DNA of 64,000 nucleotides, from assembly GCA_965219445.1 (NCBI GenBank), contig CBDCNQ010000002.1:192001-256000 (forward strand), written 5' to 3'. The stretch's first letter is position 1, and each line of letters starts with the position of its first letter. Shown in pieces: positions 39,244 through 52,110 of this stretch. This DNA is from Longimicrobiales bacterium (GTDB lineage: Bacteria; Gemmatimonadota; Gemmatimonadetes; Longimicrobiales; Gaopeijiaceae). The translations under genes and the position numbers were made by a program. The notes below the pieces were generated by a model. It was not told the origin of the DNA. It saw only the letters and a list, made by a program, of their open reading frames with translations, and made no database searches.

Positions 39244-40764
39244 GTGAGTTCTGACCTCGATCGACTTCACGCAGGGCCGGTCTTGGCGCGCAGTTCGGTG
39301 CTCAACCTTGTCGTCACTGCTGCACCTATGGTGGTGGCTCTTGTCGCGATCCCCGTTTTGTTATCGCAGCTTGGTCCAGCCCGCTTCGGGATCCTCAGCC
39401 TGGCCTGGACCGTCGTGGGATATTTCGGCCTCTTTGACATCGGCTTGGGCAGATCCCTCACTCACATGGTCTCGGAGCGACTCGGTGCCGACCGCTCCCA
39501 TGAGGTGCCGGGCCTGGTCTGGACCGGCCTGCTACTTCTACTCGCCTTTGGGCTGATAGGCACTTTGGTCGCGTGGATGCTGGCGCCGATCCTCGTGCAG
39601 GACATCCTTAGAATCCCCCCTGGCCTGCAAGCAGAAAGCGTCGCCGCGTTTCAGATACTCAGCGTCTCCGTTCCCTTGCTGATTGTATCGTCCGGTCTGA
39701 AGGGAATCCTCGAAGCCGAACAACGTTTTAGCTCGATCGCCTTTATCCAGCTCCCGGCGGCGGTGCTGCTTCTCGTGGCGCCGATCCTCGTCCTCCCCCT
39801 CTCTCATCGCGTGGACGCGCTCGTGGCGGCCATGGTGGCGGTGCGGCTTGGCGGCCTCGTCGCCCTGGTATTCACGGTGTTTCGGGCAATCCCGCAGCTC
39901 CGGACACGTCCGCGATTCGTCTCCGCGGAAACCAGAAAGCTCATGTCTTTCGGGGGTTGGCTCACTGTGAGCAACCTTGTCAGCCCGCTCATGGTGTACA
40001 TTGATCGCTTCGCGATTGGAGCGGTCATCTCGCTTTCAGCGGTCGCGTCCTATGTGATTCCGTACGAGCTCGTCACCCGCGTGGTGCGGCTGCCCATTGC
40101 CATCACCACGGTCTTTTTTCCGGCGTTCGCCGCCACCCACCAGTCCGATCCGGATCGCACCGGGGTTCTGTTCGTCTCCGCTTGCCAAACCATCCTACTT
40201 CTGACCGTCGCCCCACTCCTTCTGTTTTTCCTCTTTGCCGCCGAGGGACTAACTGTTTGGGTGGGAGCCAACCTTGCGACCCAGGGCACGGTGGTGGCGC
40301 GTTGGCTGATCGTCGGGGCATTCTTCAACGGCATCGCGCAGGCCCCGTTCACTCTCGTGCAGGGGCTGGGTCGGCCTAATCTGACCGCCCGCTTCCACGT
40401 GTGGGAGCTGCCCTTCTACATGGTTGCCCTGTGGATCCTGCTCCCACGGTTCGGCATTTCAGGCGCCGCCCTGGCTTGGACACTCCGGGCCGCAGCGGAT
40501 GCGGTGCTCCTGTTTGCCGCTTCCTACAAGCTGCTGCCCAGCTGTCGGAGCGGTGTGATGCGCACTACGCTTTGGGCAGTCGGGGCTTCCCTGCTCTTTG
40601 GTGCTGCCACCCAGCCGGCGTCGGTCTCCGCAAAGGGCGTCTTCGCGTTGATAGCCTTGCCCGCGATTGTGGGTTTGGGATTGCGTCAAGTGGGAGGTCT
40701 TGGAGCGCTCCGCCGACTCGTGAAGAGCCCACCGAGTAAGGAGGTTCGTTCGTGGACCGCATGA
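39244..40764 (+). CDS. wzx: Wzx-type polysaccharide flippase
   Basis: Multi-TM protein; LGPARFGIL..FGLFDIGLG; LMSFGGWLTVSNLVSPLMVYIDRFAIG. Confidence 0.88.
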   Translation: MSSDLDRLHAGPVLARSSVLNLVVTAAPMVVALVAIPVLLSQLGPARFGILSLAWTVVGYFGLFDIGLGRSLTHMVSERLGADRSHEVPGLVWTGLLLLLAFGLIGTLVAWMLAPILVQDILRIPPGLQAESVAAFQILSVSVPLLIVSSGLKGILEAEQRFSSIAFIQLPAAVLLLVAPILVLPLSHRVDALVAAMVAVRLGGLVALVFTVFRAIPQLRTRPRFVSAETRKLMSFGGWLTVSNLVSPLMVYIDRFAIGAVISLSAVASYVIPYELVTRVVRLPIAITTVFFPAFAATHQSDPDRTGVLFVSACQTILLLTVAPLLLFFLFAAEGLTVWVGANLATQGTVVARWLIVGAFFNGIAQAPFTLVQGLGRPNLTARFHVWELPFYMVALWILLPRFGISGAALAWTLRAAADAVLLFAASYKLLPSCRSGVMRTTLWAVGASLLFGAATQPASVSAKGVFALIALPAIVGLGLRQVGGLGALRRLVKSPPSKEVRSWTA

Positions 40765-40777
40765 CGGTGCCGGGATC

Positions 40778-41962
40778 GTGTTCTGGCAGTCCGCGATGAA
40801 ATCATTGATGGCGGGACTTCGGGTCGCACTCGTTCACGACTGGCTCATGACGTATGCAGGTGGAGAACGCGTCCTGGAGCAGATCCTAAAGCTGTTTCCC
40901 CAGGCCGACGTCTATACCCTCGTCGACTTTCTCGACTCGGAGGACCGAGGGATTCTCCAGGGGCGGCCCACGCACCACTCCTTCCTACAGCAGATGCCCT
41001 TCGCCCGAAGGCACTACAGACGCTACCTGCCGCTCATGCCATTTGCCATCGAGCGGTTCGATCTCCGTGAGTATGACCTCGTGATTTCGAATTCGCATGC
41101 AGTTGCGAAGGGAGTGCCCACGGGTCCGGATCAGCTACACGTCTGTATGTGCCTTTCCCCAATCAGGTATGCATGGGATCTCCGGGATCAGTATTTGAAG
41201 GAGTCGGGCCTCGAACGTGGGCTACGCGGGATGCTCGCGAGGGGCGTTCTCCACAGAATCAGGATCTGGGACGCCAAGACGGCGAACGGTGTGGACCACT
41301 TCATGGCGATCTCCGAGTTCATCTCGAGGAGGATCGCCAAGGCGTACGGACGCGACTCGACGGTGATCTATCCACCGGTCGACATATCATCATTCGTACC
41401 GGGCGAGGAGGCCGCTCGAGGTGACTTCTACGTTACTGCAGGACGCCTGGTGCCTTACAAGCGGGTCGGGCTCGTGGTGGATGCGTTTCGAGAGATGCCT
41501 GAACGGCAACTCGTGGTGATCGGTGATGGCCCCATGCGTAAGCAGATCCTGAAGGATCTCCCTTCGAATGTCCGCTATGTTGGGCAACAGCCATTCTCAC
41601 TGTTGTTGAGTTACTTACAGACTGCCCGCGGTTTCATATTCGCGGCTGAAGAGGATTTTGGGATCGCGCCGGTCGAAGCTCAGGCATGCGGCACACCGGT
41701 CGTGGCATATGGACGAGGCGGCGCTCTGGAGACGATACGGGGCCTCGATCATCCGGAACCGTCTGGTGTCTTCTTCAAGGAGCAGACGGTAGGGTCGTTG
41801 CGGGAAGCGATCCAGACGTTGGAAGAGGATTCGGGGCGCATCAGTGCCGAGAACTGCAGGCGCAATGCTGAGCGCTTTGGTCCCGAACGCTTCCAGGAAG
41901 AGCTGGGCGGATTCATGGAGGCAGCCTGGGAGGAGTTTTCAGCGTCACTCTCCCGTCGTTGA
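40778..41962 (+). CDS. Glycosyltransferase family 4 (WbaZ-like mannosyltransferase)
   Basis: VALVHDWL..AGGERVL, VIYPPVD, GRLVPYKR, EEDFGIAPVEAQACGTPV. Confidence 0.9.
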   Translation: MFWQSAMKSLMAGLRVALVHDWLMTYAGGERVLEQILKLFPQADVYTLVDFLDSEDRGILQGRPTHHSFLQQMPFARRHYRRYLPLMPFAIERFDLREYDLVISNSHAVAKGVPTGPDQLHVCMCLSPIRYAWDLRDQYLKESGLERGLRGMLARGVLHRIRIWDAKTANGVDHFMAISEFISRRIAKAYGRDSTVIYPPVDISSFVPGEEAARGDFYVTAGRLVPYKRVGLVVDAFREMPERQLVVIGDGPMRKQILKDLPSNVRYVGQQPFSLLLSYLQTARGFIFAAEEDFGIAPVEAQACGTPVVAYGRGGALETIRGLDHPEPSGVFFKEQTVGSLREAIQTLEEDSGRISAENCRRNAERFGPERFQEELGGFMEAAWEEFSASLSRR

Positions 41963-42907
41963 CTCGGCCTCGATTGTCGCCTGTTCAATCATCGTTCGGA
42001 GGGTCTCCTCGAGTCCCACTTTCGGACCCCATCCAGTTTCGCCCACCAACCGACCGTTATCTCCCACCAAATGCGGGACGTCTGCTGATCGTTCGAGAGC
42101 CGGGTCCGGCCGAACCTGCACATCGGCACCCGCCAGCTCCGCGATGAGGCTAACGACTTCGGCTAGGGGACGTTCGACCCCGGAACTCACGTTGAAGATG
42201 CCACCTAGATCGTCGCGCTCCAGGAGTGTGACGTAGGCCTGCACGACGTCATCGACATCGAGAAAGTCCCGAACGACTTCGAGGTTGCCTGAGCGAACCA
42301 CGCCCTCGCCTGCCGCCTTTGCCCTGGTGATTCGATTGACGAGAGCCGGGACAAAATATTGTTCCGTCTGACCCGCGCCGGTGTGGTTCGTGGCTCGCGC
42401 GATCACAACGGGCAAACCCGTACGAGACGATGTCTCGAGACACGCGAGTTCGGCGCCGCGCTTGGACGCAGCGTAGGGTGAAGAAGGGTTGAGGGGATCG
42501 GTCTCTCGTCGAGGCCTCGGCTCACCGGCTCCGTACACCTCGATCGAGGAGGCCAGAAGAAAGCGAGTCGTGGACTGGCGGGCGCTGTCGACTTTGGTGA
42601 CTTCATCGAGGATTCGTGCGGTTCCCGCAGCGTTGATCTCCCAAGCCAGAGCTGGATCATTCCTCGCGACGCCGCCGGATGCCACTGCGGCGAGATGCAC
42701 GACGACATCTGCGTTGGTGCCAAGGGCTTCGCGGATTGACGACGAGCTCCGCAGGTCCATTGGCACGGTCGTGACGTCCGGACCAGCCAAGCGAGCCGGG
42801 TCGTCGCCAGGTAGATGCGCCGCGGTCACCGTGTGCCCTCTCCGCAGGAGAGAAGGGACGAGCTTGTGGCCAACGAAGCCGGTGGAGCCGGTGACCAAGA
42901 CCCTCAT
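41945..42907 (-). CDS. NAD-dependent epimerase/reductase, Rmd-like (GDP-4-keto-6-deoxymannose reductase)
   Basis: VLVTGSTGFVG, SPYAASK, NHTGAGQ, GNLEVVRDFLDVDDVV; directly downstream of gmd. Confidence 0.75.
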   Translation of the reverse strand: MRVLVTGSTGFVGHKLVPSLLRRGHTVTAAHLPGDDPARLAGPDVTTVPMDLRSSSSIREALGTNADVVVHLAAVASGGVARNDPALAWEINAAGTARILDEVTKVDSARQSTTRFLLASSIEVYGAGEPRPRRETDPLNPSSPYAASKRGAELACLETSSRTGLPVVIARATNHTGAGQTEQYFVPALVNRITRAKAAGEGVVRSGNLEVVRDFLDVDDVVQAYVTLLERDDLGGIFNVSSGVERPLAEVVSLIAELAGADVQVRPDPALERSADVPHLVGDNGRLVGETGWGPKVGLEETLRTMIEQATIEAESTTGE

Positions 42908-42915
42908 GTCCCTAC

Positions 42916-43872
42916 TCAGCCGACCCGTTCAATGTCCGCCTCCACCATGCCCCGAATCATGTCCTCGAAAGTGCATTGGGCTTCCCAACCGAGGTCCCGG
43001 TGCGCTTTGGTCGCATCTGCGATCAGGACATCCACTTCGGCAGGGCGGAAAAGGGAGGGATCAGTGACGACGTGGTCCTCCCAGGCCAGGCCCACGTGTT
43101 CGAATGCGACGTGTACGACGTCCAACACCGAGTGGGCCACGCCCGATCCGATGACGTAATCAGCAGGCTCGTCAGCCTGTAGCATCGACCACATGGCTCG
43201 TATGTAGTCCGGGGCGAACCCCCAATCACGACGTGCTTCGAGGTTCCCGAGGCGGAGTTCCTCAGCGAGGCCCAGTTTGATTCGTGCCACGCCATCCGTG
43301 ATCTTTCGAGTGACGAATTCTAACCCCCTACGAGGCGATTCGTGGTTGAAGAGAATGCCACTCACCGCGAACAGGTCGTATGACTCCCGGTAGTTTACCG
43401 TGATGTGATGGCCGTAGACCTTCGCAACACCGTAGGGTGACCGTGGGTAGAAAGGCGTTGTCTCCGATTGCGGCGCCTCCACGACTTTACCGAACATCTC
43501 GGATGAGCTGGCTTGGTAGAACCGAGCGCCCGGCGCGGTCATCCGCACCGCCTCCAAAATACGTGTGACTCCGAGGGCGGTGAACTCGCCGGTGAGCACC
43601 GGCTGCTGCCAGCTTGTCGGCACAAAGCTTTGAGCCGCGAGGTTATACACCTCATCCGGCTTCGACTCCCTCACAACCTGAGTGAGAGAGTGCTGGTCGA
43701 GAAGGTCCGCCGACACAATCTCGACCTGCCCGTTCAGGTGGGCGATTCTCTCGTACGAATGGTGGGACGTTCTTCGAACGACCCCAACCACTCGGTATCC
43801 ATTCTCGAGAAGGAACTCAGCTAGATAGGACCCATCTTGACCCGTGATTCCAGTAATGAGGGCTGTTGGCAC
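42916..43872 (-). CDS. gmd: GDP-mannose 4,6-dehydratase
   Basis: [56 protein letters not shown]. Confidence 0.95.
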   Translation of the reverse strand: MPTALITGITGQDGSYLAEFLLENGYRVVGVVRRTSHHSYERIAHLNGQVEIVSADLLDQHSLTQVVRESKPDEVYNLAAQSFVPTSWQQPVLTGEFTALGVTRILEAVRMTAPGARFYQASSSEMFGKVVEAPQSETTPFYPRSPYGVAKVYGHHITVNYRESYDLFAVSGILFNHESPRRGLEFVTRKITDGVARIKLGLAEELRLGNLEARRDWGFAPDYIRAMWSMLQADEPADYVIGSGVAHSVLDVVHVAFEHVGLAWEDHVVTDPSLFRPAEVDVLIADATKAHRDLGWEAQCTFEDMIRGMVEADIERVG

Positions 43873-43937
43873 GAAACTCCTCGTTGACTTGGATTCTCAC
43901 CCTCCTGAAGGACCGAGATTCGGGAGGTAGAACAGCT

Positions 43938-45452
43938 TCAGTGCGCCCCGCCGCCCTTAAATACCACGCGTCCAGTCCTGAGCAGGATCGCAAGATCACC
44001 TAGAACAGACCAATTCCGTACATATTCTAACTCTAGCATGGCCCGACGAGGATATCCGACATCCGCGCGACCGCTCACCGCCCAACTGCCGGTCAAACCG
44101 GGCCGTACGCATAAGAACAAGAGCGCGTGCTCCTGCGAGTAAAATTGTTGAAGTTCCGGAGGGGTAATGGGTCGCGGTCCCACCAATGACATATCGCCAG
44201 CGAGAACGTTGAAGAGCTGCGGAAGCTCATCAATGCTCCACCGCCGCAGGAATCTGCCCACCCTCGTAAGCCGTGGATCGACTTCCAACGGAAGCTTGTG
44301 CGAGTTTTCTTCGTAGATGGCCAACAACTGAGAATCGGCTCGGAGCACGTCTTCGGCATCGACCCTCATCGTCCGAAGCTTGAGAAACCCAAACAAACTG
44401 CCTGCGCGTCCATACCTGGGCTGCCTAAAGAGCACGGGGCCAGGCGAATCCACCTTGACGGCAATAGCAGCGACTACCAAAACGGGTGAGACCAGGGCCA
44501 AAAAGATGAGGGAGCCTACGATGTCCATCAAGCGTTTCGCCACCCACTGAGGGGCCTTGAGGCTTGGAGCGGTCAACTCGACCCAATGCGTGTCATCGAT
44601 AAAGATGGACCTCGGCACAACCCCAGACGTTCTAGGTGTAGTGAGGAGCCTGCAACCGTGAGCAAGGGATACATCGACGATCTCGGAGTAGGACCTCTCT
44701 GGAAATTCCCCGATCATGGCAACCGTATCGACGCCCTGCGTATCAATCGCCTCGCCCAGACGAGTACCGAAGACACTCCCGAGCTGCATTGGAAATTTTT
44801 CTACGACTTCAAATCCGCGCCCGGAGTGAAAGATCGCCTCAACCTCAGACATGGCACCCATGCTTTCCCCGCTCCCCAAGATCACGATCGTCCGTGCTGG
44901 AGGGGGTCCGGTCCACATGAGCGCCACGATCCGATCAATGATCGAGTGGAAGGCTGTCAGAGTCACGCCGAACACTGATGCCAGCGCGACCACTTGAAGT
45001 AGAACCAGCCAGAACAGCTCCGTCCGAAACGAGCCATACAGAGTCAACAACGCCGCAAAGCCTGCACCGGCGAACAGTCGGGACGAGTGTCGGCGGGCAT
45101 CCCCAGGGCCATACGCTCCCGAGAGCGTCAGGCCGATAATCAGAGCAACGATGAATTGCCCGACGTGGAGGAATCCCCTGGGGAATAGCAAGTTGACGAA
45201 CGCAGCCGACACGCCGTAGCCGGACAGCGCTCCGGACCGCAGCATCCTGACCGTAGACCGGAGAAGTACGAAGGCCGTTATATCCGCCGCGAGCAGAGCT
45301 GCGACCCGAAGTGCTCCACGGCTCCAGTGCAGGAAGATGTTCCTGGCTGGCGATCGGAATTCTCGCGAAACCCTTGGCGTCTCCACGGCTCCCTCGGGAA
45401 AGCCGGGTGCCGACCTTCCCGATCTGTGAGTGGCACCCTCCGACACCTGCAC
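43938..45452 (-). CDS. Priming sugar transferase (WcaJ/WbaP-like polyprenyl glycosylphosphotransferase)
   Basis: N-terminal TMs; [49 protein letters not shown]. Confidence 0.92.
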   Translation of the reverse strand: MQVSEGATHRSGRSAPGFPEGAVETPRVSREFRSPARNIFLHWSRGALRVAALLAADITAFVLLRSTVRMLRSGALSGYGVSAAFVNLLFPRGFLHVGQFIVALIIGLTLSGAYGPGDARRHSSRLFAGAGFAALLTLYGSFRTELFWLVLLQVVALASVFGVTLTAFHSIIDRIVALMWTGPPPARTIVILGSGESMGAMSEVEAIFHSGRGFEVVEKFPMQLGSVFGTRLGEAIDTQGVDTVAMIGEFPERSYSEIVDVSLAHGCRLLTTPRTSGVVPRSIFIDDTHWVELTAPSLKAPQWVAKRLMDIVGSLIFLALVSPVLVVAAIAVKVDSPGPVLFRQPRYGRAGSLFGFLKLRTMRVDAEDVLRADSQLLAIYEENSHKLPLEVDPRLTRVGRFLRRWSIDELPQLFNVLAGDMSLVGPRPITPPELQQFYSQEHALLFLCVRPGLTGSWAVSGRADVGYPRRAMLELEYVRNWSVLGDLAILLRTGRVVFKGGGAH

Positions 45453-45585
45453 TAGTTCTTCCAGGGGGTCGTCATGTCGGTCGAAGAGCCGGTGAGGGAG
45501 AGGTGTCCAGCAATTCTCATCGAAGCAAAGCTAACCCCGCGTGCGACGGGCGCCAGATGTTTCATGCTATCGGTGGAAAGAAATG

Positions 45586-46319
45586 TCACTCGCTCATTGT
45601 CAGGCCTGCAGCGACCCCATCCTCGAGCACCACGCCGGCCACACTCACCAGCCAGCTACGGAGCTCCTCCTCGTTCATGCCCCACACCTCGGACCGGAGA
45701 CTGTGGATCATCTCCTCCACCTCACCCAGGGCCGTCCCCATGTCTCCGTTGCGTAGAACCATCACCTTTTCGATGCCGGTGGGCTCGGCACTCTCGTCCG
45801 GCGCCGCCAACCGCTCGTGTAGCTTCTCGCCCGGGCGCATCCCCGTGATCTCGATTGAGGCGTCGTACCCCTCGGTGCGGCCAGCCAGCCGGATCATACT
45901 CCGGGCCAGGTCCAAGATCTTTACCGGGTCGCCCATCTCCAGCATCGCGACCTTGCCGCGGGTCTCCGGGAGCAGCGAGGACTGCAGGACGAGCTGCACC
46001 GCCTCGGGGATGGTCATGAAGTAGCGGGTCACCTCTTCGTGCGTCACGGTGAGAGGCTGGCGGTCCTCGATTTGCCGCTGGAATACCGGGACCACGCTGC
46101 CCGCGCTCCCGAGCACATTCCCGAACCGGACGACGTGCCAGTCGGTGTCTAGATAACGCCTGGCGAACGCCAGGGTGAGCAGTTCCGCCAGTCGCTTGGT
46201 GGCACCCATGACGGAGAGGGGCGGACGGCCTTGTCCGTGGAAATGAGAACGAACTTCTCGACGCTCAACTCCCCGGCCACTTCAGCCACCTGCCAGGTAC
46301 CCAGGACGTTGTTACGAAC
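45586..46319 (-). pseudogene. C-terminal fragment of a CapD/WbpM-like nucleotide-sugar dehydratase, cut by an IS3 end and frameshifted near 46225
   Basis: FVLISTDKAV / MGATKR..VRFGNVLGSAGSVVP..RYFMTIPEAVQLV..RPGEKLHE. Confidence 0.88.
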
Positions 46320-46870
46320 TGACCTGCCCCCAAGAGTGGTACCACATCCTATGTTAGTCCCAGCACCTGTGGAGGGCCGTGAAGGACGGGCATCCTCAGG
46401 AACCAGGGCGACGGCTTAATCGCCTCAGGGGCCGGGGGAAAGCCGCCGCAGGCGCTGTGGGGTCGGACGGTATTGTACTCGCGCCTCCATTGCTCGACCA
46501 GCACGGCCGCCTGCGCCAACGAGTAGAAGATCTCCCCGTTCAACAGCTCGTCCCTGAGCTTGCCGTTGAAGCTCTCGTTGTAGCCGTTCTCCCACGGGCT
46601 GCCCGGCTCGATAAAGAGCGCCTCGACGCCCACGCGCCCCAACCACCGCCGCACGAGCTTCGCGGTGAACTCCGGTCCGTTGTCCGACCTCAGATACTCG
46701 GGAGGCCCGTGTCGGACGAACAGATCGGCCAGCACCTCGAGCACGTCGTGCGAGCGGATCTTGCGAGCCACCACGATCGCCAGGCACTCCCTCGTGTGCT
46801 CGTCCAGCACTGTCAGCAGCTTCAGCGCACGCCCGTCGTGCGTCCTCGAGGCCACGAAGTCATACGCCTT
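46320..46870 (-). mobile_element. IS3-family right-end fragment (orfB 3' part), cut by IS30
   Basis: Terminal TGACCTGCCCC; LRSDNGPEF, PGSPWENGYNESFNGKLRDE. Confidence 0.9.
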
Positions 46871-47966
46871 GGATTCATATAGTAAGTGCAACAAACCACC
46901 CGACCGAACTGCACAAAGAAGTTGAGGCGAGCTGGGACGCCCTAGACCTTCCTTCTCGACGAAAAGGAGGAAGTTCATGAACAGGTATCGCCAGCTCACC
47001 TCTGGTGAGCGATATGCGCTCTCTGCGCTCAGAAAACAAGGATGCAACCAAGCTGCGATCGCTCGAGCACTGGGCCGACATCGAAGTACGATCAGCCGTG
47101 AGGTGCGCCGCAACTCGAAGGATCGTCAGGGCCGGGCCTATCGACCGGACCTGGCCGATGACTACGCCCGGTGGAGACGAGGCAGATCGCGCCGTCAATG
47201 AGCGCTTCGGTGCATCGGACTGGCGAATGGTGGAGGCGTGCCTCAGGCAACAGTGGAGCCCTGAGCAAGCCGCAGGCTGGTTACGGCGCAAGGCTCGGCT
47301 CTCGATCAGCCACGAGACCATCTACCGCCACATCTGGCGCGACCGAAAGCGCGGTGGCCGCCTGTATCTGCATCTGCGCTGTTCGCCCAAGCAACGCCGA
47401 AAACGGTACGGATCCTATGATTCCCGAGGTCGGTTGGCCGGCAAACGGCCGATATCTGAGCGCCCAGCTGGCGCACAGAACCGAAGCCGAGTCGGCCACC
47501 TCGAAGCCGATACCGTGATCGGTACCAGCTCCGACAAGCACTGCGTCCTCACCTTCGTCGATCGTAAGACGGGCTACGTGATGATCGGCAAGCTCGAGGC
47601 TCGTACCGTCGAGGCTACGAACCGTCGAGCCGTTCGTCTGATCAAGACTGCCGCTCGCCCCACTCACACCATCACGGCCGACAACGGAACTGAGTTCCAC
47701 GGCTATGGGGCGATCGAAGCAGAAACCGGATCGAAATTCTACTTCGCCGCGCCCTACCACTCTTGGGAAAGGGGGACCAGCGAGAACACGAACGGTCTGA
47801 TTCGTCAGTACCTACCGAAGCGTACCAGCATGGCTCACATCACCCAGCATGCTTGCAACCGCATCGCTCACAAACTCAACAACCGACCCAGGAAGCGTTT
47901 AGGCTATCGCACCCCCGAGGAATGCTATGTACAGATCTAGCTCGTGTTGCACTTCAAAGTTGATCC
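46871..47966 (+). mobile_element. IS30-family element; transposase 46977-47940 frameshifted near 47195
   Basis: Terminal IRs GGATTCATATAGTAAGTGCAAC / GTTGCACTTCAAAGTTGATCC; HRSTISREVRRN, GHLEADTV, TADNGTEF, WERGTSENTNGLIRQY. Confidence 0.92.
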
Positions 47967-50900
47967 GAAGACCGCTAACGTCCACCATCTCCCTGAACCG
48001 ACAGAACGCATTCGCCATCCGCATCTGCTTCGGCGACTTGCACTCGGGTGCAAATAGCTCCGCGGGCGCAACCACGACCGCCAAGCACATCGCTCGCGAC
48101 GTCGCCACATTGAGCCGGTTCGCACTGTAAAGAAAGTCCATCCCGCGAGGCGCATCCTCCGCACTGGAACTCGTCATCAAATAGATCACCACCGGCGCCT
48201 CCTGCCCCTGGAACTTGTCCACAGTGCCCACCAGAGCCTGTTCCGGTAACGCCTCGGCCAGCGTACTCACCTGCGCGTTGTAAGGCGCCACCACGATGAT
48301 ATCGGATAGACCCAGTGTGCGCACCGTCCCGTCTCGATAGGTCCAGGTCGGTGCCGCCGCGAGTAGATCCTCTACTAGGCTCGCGACCAATGCCACCTCC
48401 TCATCAGACTGGTTCTGGTTCCCCGCGTGCTCCGCAGAAATCCAGCGTAGTCCCGCACCACTGACGCTTCCCCCCTCCCCCACCATCTGCTTGTCGAGGC
48501 CATCCCTGGAGCGGAGCCTGCCTCGATAGAACATCTCCGATGTGAAGTCCGTCATATCCGGATGCAGCCGCCAGGTCTCGGGGAGGAACAACCCGAGATC
48601 ACCCCCGGCCGTCGCCTCCCCCACCAGCAGATGATCGAGCGCAGAAGCGTCCGCTCCCGGCGGATGCACTCCCCGCTGCGGCTGCTCGAGCTGCCTCGGA
48701 TCCCCCAGCAACACCAGGCTCCTTGCCGCCGGTGAGACCGCAAGTGCATTCGCTAGCGAAAACTGCCCCGCCTCGTCGATGAACAGGAAATCGACCGATC
48801 CCACCATGTCCTCCCGGCTCCAGAGCCAAGCCGTCCCCGCCGCGAGCCGTACCTCGCCCTCGGTAAGAGCCTCTAGAACCTGGGCGTTACCCCCGATCTC
48901 GATCTCATCAGAGTCGCATCGGTCATCTTCGCTCGCCTTCTGGATTCCCCGGATTGCGTAACCCGCCTCGCGGGCCGCCTCGCAGGTCGCGTCCAGCAGA
49001 TTGCCGATCACCTTGTGGCTCGTCGCACAGATTCCCACTCGCTTGCCCGCCTGGATCAGATCGAGGATGATTCGGGCCCCCATGAAGGTCTTCCCTGCCC
49101 CGGGCGGTCCCTGGACCGGCAACACCGAGTGATCGAGCGCACGCACCACGCGGATCGCCCCGTCCAGAGTGGGTTCGCCTGAGGTCAGCAGCGGAGCACC
49201 GTCTTCCTGACCCGCGCGAGGTCGCTCGCTTAGGAGCAGCCCCACCGCAGCGCGGTACGGATTGTCCATGCCGAGCCCGTGCGAGACCGTCGCGTCACCG
49301 ATGCGCAACAAGCTTTCTCTGAGAACTCCATCGTGCACGTCGTCGAGCGGCACCATCACGGTCGGGTGGACCAGTCCCTTACGCTTGCCTCGCTTCAGAT
49401 CGACCGTGCGCCCGATCTCGTCGATCGCCACGACCTCGCCGCACCCTTTCTCTGTGGCCGGGTCTCTAGGCGTCTTCCCCACACGAATCGAATGCTCCTG
49501 CCGCAGGAATCGGAATCGATGGATCTCGGAGCGGGCGACGGTACCCACGACACCCTCGTACTCCATCCCACCCACCGCGGAACGGTCCTCGATCAGCTCC
49601 TCCTCGGTGAGTTCAAGCCAACTGAAATACTGCCACCACGTCGACTTCTTCTCTCGGGGATGCCAGTTGAGGAGTTGTGCCAAGAGCCAACGGCCCTGTT
49701 CTTCAGGGGACCGTTCACCCTCAGCAGCAGGGACGTCACTCGTCAGAGCAGTAACGAGTGCTTCCACCCGCTGGAGGTGCTCCGGCGTTTCTTCCGGCGC
49801 ATCGGATTCGGGCGGCTCGGGCCGTGGAACCCCCGCGCCGGTCTCGGCCTCGAGTTCGCCGCGTAGCCCCTCCAGCCAGTCCCGGAGACGCAGAGTCGAG
49901 ACGCAATCATCACGGTTGTAGCCCTCGATCTCATCGAGGAGCACCGAGTCCTCGTCACCGTCCCCCTCCAACGCCAGCCATGCCCCGAAGTCCGGGAGTG
50001 CGCGCGAGGCCCTACGAAGATCCACGTCCCGCTCGAACCCGTAGAACGGCTCCATCTTCTTGATCGAATAGCTCTCGACCGACGCCCGCAGTCCCTGTCG
50101 AACGACCCGATACAGATCCACGAAGGCGCCGGTTCTCAGGAGGTCGTCCACCTGCTCTTCGCGAACTCCGTGCCGACCCATCAGTCGTTTCAGCGCCGTC
50201 GGCTCGTACGGAGCGTAGTGATAGATGTGAAAGTCGGGGTCTTCTGCAAGGCGCGCCGTGACGAAGTCCATGAACGCCTCGAATTGTGCCTTCTCCTCCT
50301 GTCTGGAGAGGGCCCAAAGCCCCTTGTATTCGCCCTTCGTATCGACCCAGCCGAACAGATACTCGAGCCCCTGGTCCTGGTAGTGGGGATCACCCTCGAA
50401 GTCGAAGAAGATGTCCCTCTCGGAGGGAGCTGGAAGCGCTGCCAGCCCCTGCCCGTCGACCACGGGCGTGAGCAACTCGTAGCGCGGCGCCTCGGCTTTC
50501 CGCCCCTCCAACTGGATGCGCGCCTGTTCGCGAATTCTCTCGGCCGCGACCGTGCTGACGCCGTCCAGCCTGGGTGTAATCGGCAGGGGCAAGTTTGCGA
50601 GGGCAGCCAGGGTCTCAACAGAACGCTCTATCAGTAGCGCTCGCTGCTTGCGGGTGATGCCAGCCACGAGGGAGAGGTGGTCGACGTCGTGGCGCTCGCC
50701 ATCGCAGCGGCCCTTCCACGCGCAGATGGTGCAGTGTTCGCACGGATCGGTAGAACGCCGCGAAATCCGTGTACTGAAACCGCCCCGGGTGCGCGTCCGG
50801 CCCACCGAGCGCCAGGACCATCTCCTCCGGCTCGACGCCCTGGACGCGGGCCAGTAGGTCGGTGTAGAACGTGATCTGCAGGACGGCGCCTGCCTTCGCT

Positions 50901-51337
50901 TCCCGTGCCAGCTTGGTATCGACGACCTCGTAGGACCAGTCGCCGAAGTCACTCGGGACTTCGACCCGGCGTAGGAAGTCGGGCTTTCCGAGCCAGGGCT
51001 CGCTGAAGAGCACGCCCTAGTAGATCACATCGGGGCCGGACTTCATGGCTTCGGTGGTTTCGGCGGCGAGTTGGCGCCAGTCGTCGGGGGATCTTCGAGC
51101 GGGTTCGTCTTGGAATTCGACTACGCTGAGGCTTTCGGCCTTTAGAGCGTCGAGGTAGGCTGCCTCATGCTCGAGGCCACGGGCGAAGAGCGCCTCGAGG
51201 GCTGGGTCGTCGTACTTGGGGGGCTTGGGCTGGAGACCGAGAGCGGTGAGGCGGTCGAGTAGGGTGAGGTGGTGGCAGGATAGGAACTTGCTGAGGCCTG
51301 TGGCGGAGAGGATGAGGGTCGTGTCGGAGAGGTGCAT
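47967..51337 (-). pseudogene. TM0106-family RecB-like nuclease / RNase H-like / SF1 (DNA2-NAM7-like) helicase fusion, disrupted
   Basis: GKPDFL..YEVVDTK, FFDFEGDP, YHYAPYE, QGPPGAGKT, IDEAGQ, GDPRQL, GTVDKFQGQE, NRLNVATSRA; TAG at 51017-51019 and deletion/frameshift near 50745. Confidence 0.88.
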
Positions 51338-51638
51338 TGGGTGGTGCTGTTCCTTCGGCACGTACGACCATACGAGCGCATGTCCCCAGGGGGACACCAG
51401 CGTAGGGCGCGAAGCTTTAGGCTGCAAGAGACCCGAAGAAAAAAGATAGAAGAAACGCGGTTGGGCGCCTGTTTCTCCGTCAATCAGTCTAAGCCGCGCT
51501 CAACCTACGCGAAGGAGCGACAACGTGAAGCCTGGTGTTGTTGACCCGTCTTGACCCACCCCTCACCTTATCGGGACCATGAAAGTGATCATTTTCAGAT
51601 AGAGGCCGGGGGCTACGGTTCTCAAGGGAGGGTGAGGT

Positions 51639-52110
51639 GTGAGCGCTGGAAAGTACGTCATCCGGTGTCAGGCGTGTGGTCGTGGACGCTCCGTCGATCA
51701 CCAGCTGTTGTCCCATCTCAGTCAGCACACCGGTATTCGACCGAACACCCAGGATGACCTCCTGCGTTTGATAAATCGACTTAGATGCTCATCCTGCGGG
51801 CAGCCTGGCCAGTTACTGTGGCAGCAAGACGGAAAGGAGTGGAAGGCCGTAAGAATTCAGGGTGCCGGCGAGTGCGCCATATGTGGAAAAGTCGTACGGC
51901 GTGGAATCAATGTTTATCGGAGTAGGGATGGCCTAACTCGACACCGCCGATGCGACCCTGAATCTTTTCGGTACTACGCCAGCGGCGTCGGCAGGTACAA
52001 GGAAGCGTTTCACAAGTCGTCTTGCGGCTGGGTGGCCCGACTAGACAAGTCGAATATGCTTGTCTTCGCGTCGAAGAAACAAGCTGAGTTCTCGGGATTG
52101 AGACCTTGGT
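51639..52110 (+). pseudogene. Zinc-ribbon protein with Ada-like metal-binding domain, truncated
   Basis: CxxC motifs; FHKSSCGW..VFASKKQAEFSGLRP, then junction with an opposite-strand fragment. Confidence 0.5.
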